Positions 27,101 through 38,600 of a stretch of 64,000 nucleotides of DNA are shown piece by piece. The stretch lies in the NCBI GenBank assembly GCA_002269645.1, contig NIVC01001007.1:124001-188000 (forward strand), read 5' to 3'. Position 1 is the first letter of the stretch. Each line of letters begins with the position of its first letter. This stretch comes from Macrostomum lignano (Eukaryota). A program made the position numbers and the translations under genes. Below the pieces are notes generated by a model, which ran no database searches, was not told the origin of the DNA, and was given only the letters and a program-made list of their open reading frames with translations.

Positions 27101-27274
27101 ATCTACCTAAACCCAGTCTTTCAATCTTTGATATTGTATATTACTAGGCTAGGCCAACTATTATCATAAACTAAAGTGCTGCATTAGGCCTACCATTGGC
27201 ATTACTTTATTGTTAGGATTCGACTTACTTATAGCATCAATAATTGCTTGCGTTTTTTCCGCTTTGCTTTCCAT
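15152..27274 (-). CDS. PHF14: PHD finger protein 14 ortholog, ~1775 aa; exons 27274-27229, 23234-21460, 19657-19259, 18333-16079, 16004-15152
   Basis: Acidic N-terminus; PHD1 (CMVC..ECDSCHVTVHEACYG..STEPWFCDAC); ePHD (CQLCP..GRWVHLVCALY..GAKEC..TGVCIGCDAGMCRCCFHVTCAQREGLLSE..IADPFYAQCRQH), closely matching recalled vertebrate PHF14; coiled coil; PHD3 split over exons 3/4 (CTVC..HLMV|QCDACQLYYHIGCLDPPLTRVPKKTKLYGWECSVC). All junctions are GT-AG and in phase. Exon 1 is the least certain. Confidence 0.92.
16600..16850 (-). repeat. Coding 48-bp (16-aa) tandem repeat SVAKGAVASVSKEHVT inside PHF14 exon 4
   Basis: About 4-5 copies visible in both DNA and translation. Confidence 0.85.
18505..19065. 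repeat. Minisatellite, ~31-bp unit (GACTCAAGTCTTGTGACTTTCTATAGAAACC), PHF14 intron 3
   Basis: Direct tandem copies. Confidence 0.95.
19755..21435. repeat. Minisatellite, 41-bp unit (TGTATCAGGTGTCAGTGCAACTTCAGGTAAACTACATTTAC), ~40 copies, filling PHF14 intron 2
   Basis: Direct tandem copies; a degenerate unit runs up to the donor at 21459. Confidence 0.97.
24935..25930. mobile_element. Non-autonomous hAT (Charlie-like) composite element with 8-bp TSD CACTAGAC
   Basis: Left end CAGGGGTCCTCAACCT..CCCGCGGGCCGCATGTGGCC; right end reads CATGGGTCCCCACCCT in reverse complement; CACTAGAC at 24927-24934 and 25931-25938. An additional internal end (GGTTGGGGACCCCCT) lies at ~25315-25330. Confidence 0.75.
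25407..25717. mobile_element. MITE nested in the hAT element, 14-bp perfect TIR TAGAGATGTTCCGA
   Basis: TAGAGATGTTCCGA at 25407-25420 and TCGGAACATCTCTA at 25704-25717; AT-rich non-coding interior. Confidence 0.65.
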
Positions 27275-27620
27275 ATTGTATAGTAGAAAGTTTACTGGGC
27301 TACCTAGGCCAGGGATAGGCTAGGCTGTTACTGTTAGACCAACACCTTTTCAATTTATAAAACAATCACTAATCAATTAAAAAACAGTTACGAAAGTCGA
27401 AGACAAAAACGCTGAAAAATAGTTCCACGCATTTTTTCAATTTTTAAAGTAATATAACGCAGTTTCCTACTACAGCAGCGTTGGTTGACAACTGGCTTTT
27501 TTGCTTTTATTACTCTGTTCACGTTGTTTTCAAACAGAATTCGTGCTCTTTTACGAAACCGAACTTTTGCAATAGTTTTGACTAAGATAGTAAAATACGC
27601 TTTTACTTAGATATAAAAAA
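27220..27620 (-). promoter_or_regulatory. Putative PHF14 promoter/5' region: CpG-containing patch within a CpG-poor domain
   Basis: CpGs cluster around and upstream of the predicted ATG (27274), while the flanks are nearly CpG-free. Several TAGGCCTA/TAGGCTA words lie nearby. The position is inferred, not mapped. Confidence 0.3.
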
Positions 27621-29718
27621 GCTCAGAGTAGGATTTTATAATTAGAAAGTTTTTTTATATTTTTATATTATACCTTTTAAGGCTAATTCGTTTTACTATT
27701 TAACGTGACAAATGTAATAATTTACTTTTAGGATTTTCTATAAAAAGCAAGTCCCGTTTACCACTGGCACTATAGAGTTTGGTAAATACTAGTGCCGACT
27801 CTTATCCTTGTTTGATTGCTTTATTTATAACTTAATAGACAATTTTAGGGTTATTAGGTTTCTTCTAAGGCAAAAAAGTTGACGACTACAATTTGTTAAT
27901 GGCTAACCATTGCTGTCATCATGAAACTTTCAATTTCAATTTCAATAAACAGTTACAGTAAAACAGTCAGAAATGCAAACTAGCAAAAGTTGAACACAAT
28001 AGGCCTATTTTACCTAACTCTTTCTGTAGTACTATATAATAATTATGAAAACTAAGCCTAGATTTTACTGCACTCACTTATAATCTAGTCACTATATTCT
28101 CACATGGCCTAGACTAGGCCTACTGTTTGTCGAAATCTACAAATGTTACTTAATTAAATACAAATACGAATCATAATAAGATGTATAGCCCCTTTATGGT
28201 ATAGTTAGTTTTGCTAAGTCTTTTCCTTATTTAGTTATGGAGCACAAATAAATTTAATGTTTGTTAAATAACAAATAAATTTGATCAGGGGGCCTAATTC
28301 TATTTGAAATATGGCAACTATTTTATCTATATATTCTCTTAGCCTTGCCCTTAGGAGGCTTACTTAGGTCAAAATTAGAGCCATATTCCAGATCATGCTA
28401 TGCGCATGCCCAAACAAAAATTGAATAGGTATGCATGGCAAAAAAATTGAATGCATACCAACAATCTTAAATCTAGACTAATGTTGCAATATTTTTTATG
28501 TTTCAACAAATTAATGAACTTTTTTTGCATTGTTTAATGGATCATTTTTGGATAATAATTTGATGGATTATTTATTTTTCTTGCCTTTAGGCTATATTAT
28601 TTGGATCTAGGACTTTTTGTTTGCCAGACTATTTGTCTGCCTTGGGCAAATGGCCAATAGACTATTTGTACACCGGTGCCAAATAGCTACTAGATGTGGT
28701 AACCAACATAGGTTTCTAGACACTTCAGTGACAAGACGCTTTGACGACAGATGTTTCAGCAACAATTCATATTAGCAACAGATGTTGTTGTAACTTATAG
28801 GATAGTAAAGTTCGTAACAATTTGTTATAGTCATTTTAATATAGCACTACACCATCCAGACTAAGGCAATAGTTGCTGCATGTCTTATCCACTTTTCTAA
28901 ACCATACCAAAATAAAAAAATGAAAGCCATTGTATTATAATCTACACAAATGAAATACACTATGCCAATGCAATGTTGCAATGAATCACAGTACACTGGT
29001 GGCGCGCGCCACCACCAAAAAAAAATTCTAAGAAACTATAAACTTTTAACAAAGCCAACCTTTTCTTTGTTTTTAAAAATTCTAGAATAGAATTTTTTGT
29101 AAAACATAGGTGAAAAACATTTTAGAATCTTCTTGCTTATTAGCGCAGCACCTCTTAAATTTTTTTAAAACTTTCAATTTGGACTATTCGTCTGCTGGCA
29201 AATGAATAGCCGGTAGACAAATAGTCCAGTACCCTATTATTTATAGTAGAAAATCAATATACACAAACATTTTTTAAATGCCTTATTATAAGCCTAAAAA
29301 CCAGAAAGCTTAAAATTACAAAAATGAACTTTTCAATCTTTTTTCACTTTACACTTAACCTTCCATGTGATTTTTATTAAATGCACTCTAGGTGTGTATG
29401 TATAGTGTTTTCTTAGAATTAATGCATATGCCATACTAACTGCATACCTTATAGAAGTCAATGCATGCCCAAATTTTTAGACATGTCTTATATGATCTAG
29501 AGTATGGAGTTAGAGCCTATTTTTTATAAAATGACATAATTATATAATTTATATCTTAAATAGTTTGTTTTATTTTTAATTAAGTTGATGTTTATAAAAT
29601 CTTACTAATATTGTTCAGTGTTTATATTTTTCTAATTATCTAAATATGTATCTTAAAACAAAAAATGGTTTAACTGCATGGCTAGCTACAGTTGATATTA
29701 TTTATATATCAACTATTA

Positions 29719-32700
29719 ATGATGCATTGCCATTCACTATTGTATTTTGCATTGACTGCATGTATCTGTCATCAGTATGGTAAGTAATTCCTGCTATTGA
29801 TATATAACTTGTATTGTGGCTTTATCTATTTCTTATTGCCTCATATTTATCTATAAATGTTAATATTTAACCTTTAAAATAATTATTTTCTAGGTTGCAG
29901 TAGTGTCCTACCAGAGTCTCATATCACTCTACCATCTGTGATCTCTAGATCTTTGTTAAAAAGACTAGCACTACATACAGTAAGTTTAATCTTGCTAAAA
30001 AGTATTTAATGTTATTTACATTATTTTACTTTTAGTTGTTGGTTGATAACTTTGCAATGTCTTTTTTCTTGTAGACTGCATCTGATCAAGACCTACTATT
30101 GCAACTACCACTCTTAGACAGACATTCTAAGGTGCTCCTTTATAAATTGGCTGTGTCCAAGTGAGTAGGCATTTATACAATAATTTTTTTATTTGAATTA
30201 AGTCAGAATCAACAATAACTGCAATGTACATTTTTGTTAACCTTGCTTGTCTTTCCCAGGCCCATGTCTTTCCCAGTGTACACTGTTCAGCAGCAGAAGC
30301 TTACTGACCAGCTGCAGCGAGCTGGCAATCACAGAGTATTGCACAGTAATCACACCAGCAATTGTCACTATTCTGCTAGTCTTATTGGCTCTGCTGGCTT
30401 TTATGGCTCAATATCATTGTGCGGCAATGATGGAAGCAGTGTGGAGTAAGCTTCTTTTTTGTTGTAATTGGTTTTTAGTAACAGTTTTAATAGCCAAACA
30501 AAGGTTAAACTGTACAAATTGCCTTTGTAAATTGGCCCTTATTGGCGTCATTATATCATTCACTAGGGACTTAAGAGCTACCCTGGCATTAAAAGTGAAA
30601 ATATTCATCTTAACTTTAGCCGCCAGTATCCCAACCACACCAAATATGCGCAACCCCCTCCTGAGTTACACCGGCCGTGCCACTTACTTTTTGACCAAAA
30701 TGCGACTTACCTATAAAAGTAACAAGTCAAGATATCGTAAGTTTGGGTAAACGGCAGGAGTAACTATCACTGTATTATTAGGGCTAAATGCCTCGTCATC
30801 TAGTTAGTAATACAGTCTTTGGGTGGGCATTTTTGCAACCTACCTTGGGTGGTCCCCTCGCCAACCGGCTGGCTCGGTCGAAGTCTAAAATCTCTGTTGC
30901 TTGTTTTTGCAACCCCAGGAGCTTTGTAACAGGCTATATTCATTGTTCTCTTAAGCCTCAGTTATTGAAATAGCCTATATTTAATAGATATAGGAAATAT
31001 GCGGATCTGTAACTTCCTGTAGTAGTATCAGTGAACTAGAACGCAAAGCTCTACTCAACAATCGAACTCACTCAATTGAAATGAACTTATTTTACAGAGG
31101 ATTTCTGCCAATCAACTTAACACACAGCGGCTACATCTATCCGATGTCAGCTGGCGAAACTGGGGCACAGCTGCGGCATAGGATCAATATTTATCCGCAG
31201 TCCATGCTCCGGAGCGATTGGATCAGTCTCGACTCAGCCTACGCTAAGCTTGCCGAGAGCGAACTCGACCAGAATCGTGAGTTGTTTTTAATAATAATAA
31301 TAATTGCAGGAGGCCTGTGGGCTACCTTAGGGCATCATCTTCGGCGCCCTGATTGACTTTCTAATCGTCGGGCATGTTAAAAACTTATGTAAATATTTTT
31401 CAGAGCCGTCACTGTCAGCGGAAAGTATGCTGAACTTCTTGCCGAATCGACTCAAACGACTGCTGGTGCGTGTACTTTTATAGCTGTTGCACCTTGAAAG
31501 CTTTTTTAGTACATATCGCCAAAGTCATATTCACGTCTTTAATTCACTTTCAGCGTAAAAAGCGCGCGGCAGAGTACACAGTGAGGCTGGACTCGCCTCC
31601 CGAGCCGCACGTGGTCACAAAAGCGGGACCGTTTCTGATGGAGCTCTATCTTATTGCCGACCGCGACTTTGTGAGCTGCCGCTGCATTTGGGCTGTGGTT
31701 CTGTGGCTGAGTATCTAGCTGGGCCAGCCTCCCAGATCCTCAGTTGCTGGGCCAGCCTCCCAGATCCTCAGTTGCTGGGCCAGCCTCCCAGATCCTCAGT
31801 TGCTGGGCCAGCCTCCCAGATCCTCAGTTGCTGGGCCAGCCTCCCAGATCCTCAGTTGCTGGGCCAGCCTCCCAGATCCTCAGTTGCTGGGCCAGCCTCC
31901 CAGATCCTCAGTTGCTGGGCCAGCCTCCCAGATCCTCAGTTGCTGGGCCAGCCTCTCAGATCCTCAGTTGCTGGGCCATCGCTTTGCACCCAATTCCTTA
32001 AGTCCCCCTTCAGCTTACTTTAGCATCTATTCGAAAGCTTCAAGTGACGGTGGTGTTATGTTTATTATGTTTGCAAGAAATGACTGCATTTATATTTATA
32101 TATTAAGCAAGCCCAAGCTCTGTAAGCTCCGCCGATTAGAAGGACTTCTATCTAAATGTAAAGAAGCTGCCTATAGCGGCAGCCTATCAAAAAAGTGCAT
32201 CTCTAATGGCGCGGGGCCTGGCTTGAAACATTAGCTCTCCGTCTAAGCCTTGGGGCGCCACGCCGTTTCAGTCGCCGAGGTTCGAGCCACCGACTTGGAG
32301 GGGGGTTGGGAGAATGAGGAGTGGCGGACATTGCACCCAAATGGATATGTTCCACCCTGAATCCAGCTTCCGTGTGCCGTGCTGCACCAAAAACCAGAGG
32401 ATGGGGGAAAAGTCCGGGTGAAGCCAATCCATCCACTCGGTTCAGACCTTGCTAGTAGCCCGCTGTGTGGGGCTTGTTTAAACTTGAAACTAAACCGTTT
32501 CATGGGTTTAGGGGGCTGTTTTCCTCTCGCCCCGGTTCAGCTGTCTAAAAATGTGGAAAAACTTGTACATCTGCTTAGGTAGAGGGATTAGCAGGCTCGA
32601 TAATCTATCCATCCATCTATCTGAATATTTATTGCCCAGGCATGAGGAACCGCCTGTCTTGTTAGAGGGCTTGAAGGACTTTTTTACCTCTAAAACAAAA

Positions 32701-35388
32701 AAAAAGAATTTGTATATAGTATCCAGTTTTAGGGAAATTCTAAAAAAAGCTATTTTTAACATTCCGAAAACGGCCACCAACTGTCTCTTTAATCCCACCA
32801 CAGATCCCTACAATGCCATCAAAGATCCCTACAATCCCACCACAGATCCCTACAATCCCACCACAGATCCGTACAATCCCGCCATAGATCCCTACAATCC
32901 ATCCAATGATCCTTACAATCCCATCAAAGATCCCTACAATACCACCACAGATCCCTACAATCCCGCCATAGATCCCTACAATCCATCCAATGATCCTTTT
33001 TTTATTAGAGGCAGGGGGGTTGTGTGCACCCTGGCGCAATTTAAGCGTCATTGGCACACAACCGGCGAGAGGCATTACTGCCCGTTCCGCCGACTCCCCT
33101 GAGCAGGCATACAAGCGCGCGGATACGTTGCGCAGGCACACACTCACACAGGAGTGTACAGCGGCCCTAACTTTATCAATTGTTAGGCATGTACACTTCA
33201 CTGCGCTTTGGGGGGTTGGCTCTCAAGGCCGTTAATTGCACAAGCGAGCCAAGCCGAGATTCCAATCCAGCCCCAAATGAATGTGGCTGCACTTGGAATC
33301 GAGCCTGGGTCGCTGGCACACCAGAGCAGCTGCGCTACCGCTGGGCTACGGCCCCCCATCCAATGATCCTTACAATCCCATCAAAGATCCCATCAATCCC
33401 ATCCCTACAGTCCCGCCACAAATCCCTACAATCCCGCCAAAGATCCCTACAATCCCGCCATAGATCCCTTACTATCCCATCAAAGATCCCTACAATCCCA
33501 CCACAGATCCCTACAATCCCACCACAGATCCCTACAATCCCACCTCAGATCCCTTCAATCTTTTGTAGGGATTTTGCCGTTTTTGCCAAGAAATAAATAA
33601 CCCAGCGACTCCAAAAATCTACCTAGTAAATTTATAATCCAGCTAAATTTTCGAACTGCTGGATTGTCCCCAATGCCGGGCCTGATGACGGGCTAAAAAA
33701 GATTTTTTCATCAACCCAGTCTATTACCCAAATCAAGTGTTACGTAACTTTCGAAGAAAATTTTCCTGTTGGGACCAAGCTGTTTACGTTTGTTGAAACG
33801 CAGAAATCCCCCCAGCTGACTGTTAAGAAATTTTTCTGCTAGCGCTTTGGGGCTTAAAATGTGTTTGACTGACTTCCCTAGATATGTTTGACCTCACGAT
33901 CAGTCTGTGCTGTAGACTGCAGCTAACTGACTTTGTGTCCGCGTTAGGTGTCGCCTTTAATTTCTTTGCCTCTAACATTTTCTATTGTGAAATTTTATTA
34001 ACATCTTTTCTGCTTGCCCTATGGTGTCACGCAATATTGCATAGTCACACTGTAACTGGTTGTTAAGACGAATGGCATCGATTCCTGCTTTTCTGTTCGT
34101 CACTATCTTTATCCTTGAAATCTGTGTCCTGTACAATCCTGCACTCATATCTGCCACTATCTTTATCCTTGAAATCTGTGTCCTGTACAATCCTGCACTC
34201 ATATCTGCCACTATCTTTATCCTTATCTGTGTCCTGTACAATCCTGCACTCATATCTGCCACTATCTTTATCCTTATCTGTGTCCTGTACAATCCTGCAC
34301 TCATATCTGCCACTATCTTTATCCTTATCTGTGTCCTGTACAATCCTGCACTCATATCTGCCACTATCTTTATCCTTATCTGTGTCCTGTACAATCCTGC
34401 ACTCATATCTGCCACTATCTTTATCCTTATCTGTGTCCTGTACAATCCTGCACTCATATCTGCCACTATCTTTATCCTTATCTGTGTCCTGTACAATCCT
34501 GCACTCATATCTGCCACTATCTTATCCTTATCTGTGTCCTGTACAATCCTGCACTCATATCTGCCACTATCTTATCCTTATCTGTGTCCTGTACAATCCT
34601 GCACTCATATCTGCCACTATCTTATCCTTATCTGTGTCCTGTACAATCCTGCACTCATATCTGCCACTATCTTTATCCTTATCTGTGTCCTGTACAATCC
34701 TATGTTATCTTATCTAATCTAATCTGTGATGTAGAAACGGATAGATATTGATGCATAGTATTATAAGTGCGTATAAATTTCCGCTTGTACTGTATCCTTG
34801 TTCGGCTGCATGATGGGGGGGGCAGGGCGGTGGGCTGAGTTGGCCCGGGTTAGGCTTGTAACTGAGCCACACGATCACGCCTGCAGATGGTGTTAGAGAG
34901 TCAAGGGTATATATCATGCAATATGCGTGTATATGGACATTAGAAAATACTTTGAGGGTAGTGCCTGTTTGCGGAGCTGGCTAGCTGTGGTAGTGGGAGT
35001 GTCTGTCCACTCTCTTCTCCCCAATATATAATTGCTTTTTTGTCCAGTTAGGGATCCGCAAATGTACTTCAAGATGCGGACATTTTAGCGGTGCAGCTGT
35101 AAAACTATAGAGCCTGACTGACTGACTGACTGACTGACTGACTGACTGACTGACTGACTGACTGACTGACTGTACTTACTGACTGACTGACTGTACTTAC
35201 TGACTGACTGACTGACTGACTGACTGACTGACTGACTGACTGACTGACTGACTGACTGACTGACTGACTGACTGTACTTACTGACTGACTGACTGACTGA
35301 CTGACTGACTGGCTGACTGGCTGACTGACTGACTGACTGACTGACTGACTGACTGACTGACTGACTGACTGACTGACTGACTGTACTT

Positions 35389-35430
<42 letters not shown>

Positions 35431-35521
35431 TGACTGGCTGACTGGCTGACTGACTGACTGACTGACTGACTGACTGACTGACTGACTGACTGACTGACTG
35501 ACTGACTGACTGACTGTACTT

Positions 35522-35563
<42 letters not shown>

Positions 35564-35588
35564 TGACTGACTGGCTGACTGACTGACT

Positions 35589-35628
<40 letters not shown>

Positions 35629-38600
35629 TGAGTGAGTGGGTGGGTGACTGACTGACTGCAAATATAAAAAAGCATTAAAGCTACTGCCCATGGCAATGGC
35701 TCGCCAAAACACTTTCACACCAAATTATGGAGTTAGCGGTCTTTCCGCTGATAAGGGCTATCCATATACCAGGTAGGCAAGTAAGAGAGATAGACAGTGT
35801 GCTAAGTCTGCCTGTGTGCGTTCCTCTCCGATGACAGACGCTATATATTATTTTCTGCGTCGTATTGCAAATGCATTTAGGGTAGGTACGTAGCAAGGAT
35901 ATATTTTTTTGTAATTTAGACTTGACTGGTTGGCTGGGTGTCAAACCGCTAGTCGAAATAATTCAGCTAATTAGGCGTGTTGCAGTATTGTACTAATAAG
36001 GCCTACTACGGTGTGATATGGTATTGCGGTATATATGGGTTCCGTTGTTCTTTAGCCAGGGCCAGTCAACTTCGCTAGCTTAGACTTACACATTTAGTTT
36101 AAGCTACTAGCAATCTAGTGCGGCCCCCCTTCGGGGCGCCCAATAAGAACGAAGCAAAAATAGTTTATGGAAATCAATGAAAAAGCACATTTTCTTAAAA
36201 ACTAAGTCCTTCATCACTTTTAAAAATCACCTTATTCATTTAAAATTGTCACGGACAATAATATTTGCTATGAATCTCTTTTTTTCTAAAATTAACAAAC
36301 AGACAAGAAAATATAGCTTTCACAAAGATCACAGTCATTACCCCTAAACAGAAAGTAGAAAATAGAAAATAGAAAATAGCATCCCCCAGTAGCAAGCACC
36401 CTCCTCCAAAAGTAAACAACCGCAGATAGCAAGCATCCCCTAATACTCCTAGCAAGCATCCACCCAGATAGCAAGCATCTGCAGATAGCAAGCATCCCCC
36501 AAATAAAAGCATCCCCCAAATAAAAGCATCCCCCGGATAAAAGCATCCACCCAGATAGCAAGCATCCCCCAAATAATGTAGAAGCATCCTTCCAGATAGC
36601 AAGCATCCCCCAAATAATGTAAAAAAGCATCCTTCCAGATAGCAAGCATCCTGCACATAGCAAGAATTCCTAAATAGCAAGCATCCCTGGATAGAAATAA
36701 TCCTATACATGTAGCCAAGCTTATCAAGCGCAGTAATCCTTGGCTATGGAGTGAAGTAATCCTTGGTTTATTAAGACCAATAATCTTTGGCTTATTGAGT
36801 GCAGTAATCCTTTGTTTATTAATAGTAATAATCTTTGGCTTCTCGAGTGCAGTAATCCTTTGTTTATTAATAGTAATAATCCTTGATTAATCAAGTGCAG
36901 TAATCCTTTGTTTTCCAATTGCAGTAATCCTTGGTTTATTAATAGCAATAATCCTTGACTTCTTGAGTGCAGTAATCCTTGGTTTGCCAAGAGCAATTGT
37001 CCTTGGTTTATCGAGTGCAGTAATCCTTGGTTTATTAATAGCAATAATCCTTGGCTTATCGAGTGCAGTAATCCTTGGTTTATTAATAGCAATAATCCTT
37101 GGCTTCTCGAGTGCAGTAATCCTTTGTTATCCAATTGCAGTAATCCTTGGTTTATAAAGAGCAATAATCCTTGGCTTATCGAGTGCAGTAATCCTTGGTT
37201 TATTAATAGCAATAATCCTTGGTTTATCGAGTGCAGTAATCCTTAGTTTATTAATAGCAATAATCCTTGATTAATCAAGTGCAGTAATCCTTTGTTTTCC
37301 AATTGCAGTAATCCTTGGTTTATAAAGAGCAATAATCCTTGGCTTATCGAGTGCAGTAATCCTTGGTTTATTAATAGCAATAATCCTTGGCTTCTCGAGT
37401 GCAGTAATCCTTTGTTTTCCAAGAGCAATTGTCCTTGGTTTATCGAGTGCATTAATCCTTGGTTTGTTAATAGCAATAATCCTTGATTAATCAAGTGCAG
37501 TAATCCTTGGTTTAATAATAGCAATAATCCTTGGCTTATCGAGTGCAGTAATCCTTAGTTTATTAATAGCAATAATCCTTGATTAATCAAGTGCAGTAAT
37601 CCTTGGTTTAATAATAGCAATTGTCCTTGGTTTATCGAGTGCAGTAATCCTTAGTTTATTAATAGCAATAATCCTTGGCTTATCGAGTGCAGTAATCCTT
37701 AGTTTATTAATAGCAATAATCCTTGGCTTATCGAGTGCAGTAATCCTTAGTTTATTAATAGCAATAATCCTTGATTAATCGAGTGCAGTAATCCTTGGTT
37801 TATTAATAGCAATAATCCTTGGCTTATCGAGTGCAGTAATCCTTAGTTTATTAATAGCAATAATCCTTGATTAATCAAGTGCAGTAATCCTTGGTTTAAT
37901 AATAGCAATTTTCCTTGTTTTATCGAGTGCATTAATCCTTGGTTTATTAATAGCAATAATCCTTGGCTTATCGAGTGCAGTAATCCTTGGTTTATTAATA
38001 GCAATAATCCTTGGCTTCTCGAGTGCAGTAATCCTTTGTTATCCAATTGCAGTAATCCTTGGTTTATAAAGAGCAATAATCCTTGGCTTATCGAGTGCAG
38101 TAATCCTTGGTTTATTAATAGCAATAATCCTTGGTTTATCGAGTGCAGTAATCCTTAGTTTATTAATAGCAATAATCCTTGATTAATCAAGTGCAGTAAT
38201 CCTTTGTTTTCCAATTGCAGTAATCCTTGGTTTATAAAGAGCAATAATCCTTGGCTTATCGAGTGCAGTAATCCTTGGTTTATTAATAGCAATAATCCTT
38301 GGCTTCTTGAGTGCAGTAATCCTTGGTTTGCCAAGAGCAATTGTCCTTGGTTTATCGAGTGCATTAATCCTTGGTTTGTTAATAGCAATAATCCTTGATT
38401 AATCAAGTGCAGTAATCCTTGGTTTAATAATAGCAATAATCCTTGGCTTATCGAGTGCAGTAATCCTTAGTTTATTAATAGCAATAATCCTTGATTAATC
38501 AAGTGCAGTAATCCTTGGTTTAATAATAGCAATTGTCCTTGGTTTATCGAGTGCAGTAATCCTTAGTTTATTAATAGCAATAATCCTTGATTAATCAAGT

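Noticed and set aside
30247-30750. 167-aa hydrophobic ORF
   Set aside because: Overlaps ADAM exon 4 in another frame; the prodomain frame with matching splice phases is better supported.
31309-31330. AG|GAGGCCTGTGGGCTA reading EACGL, like a cysteine switch
   Set aside because: Wrong phase for the upstream exon and followed at once by a stop; treated as coincidence.
33972-34722. ORFs of 181-220 aa
   Set aside because: Products of the ~51-bp array inside ADAM intron 7.
2381-35735. Short similarity between 2385-2410 and 35701-35732 (TCGCCAAAA..TCACAC..AAA..TATGGA)
   Set aside because: About 25 bp only; suggests a dispersed repeat but boundaries cannot be defined.
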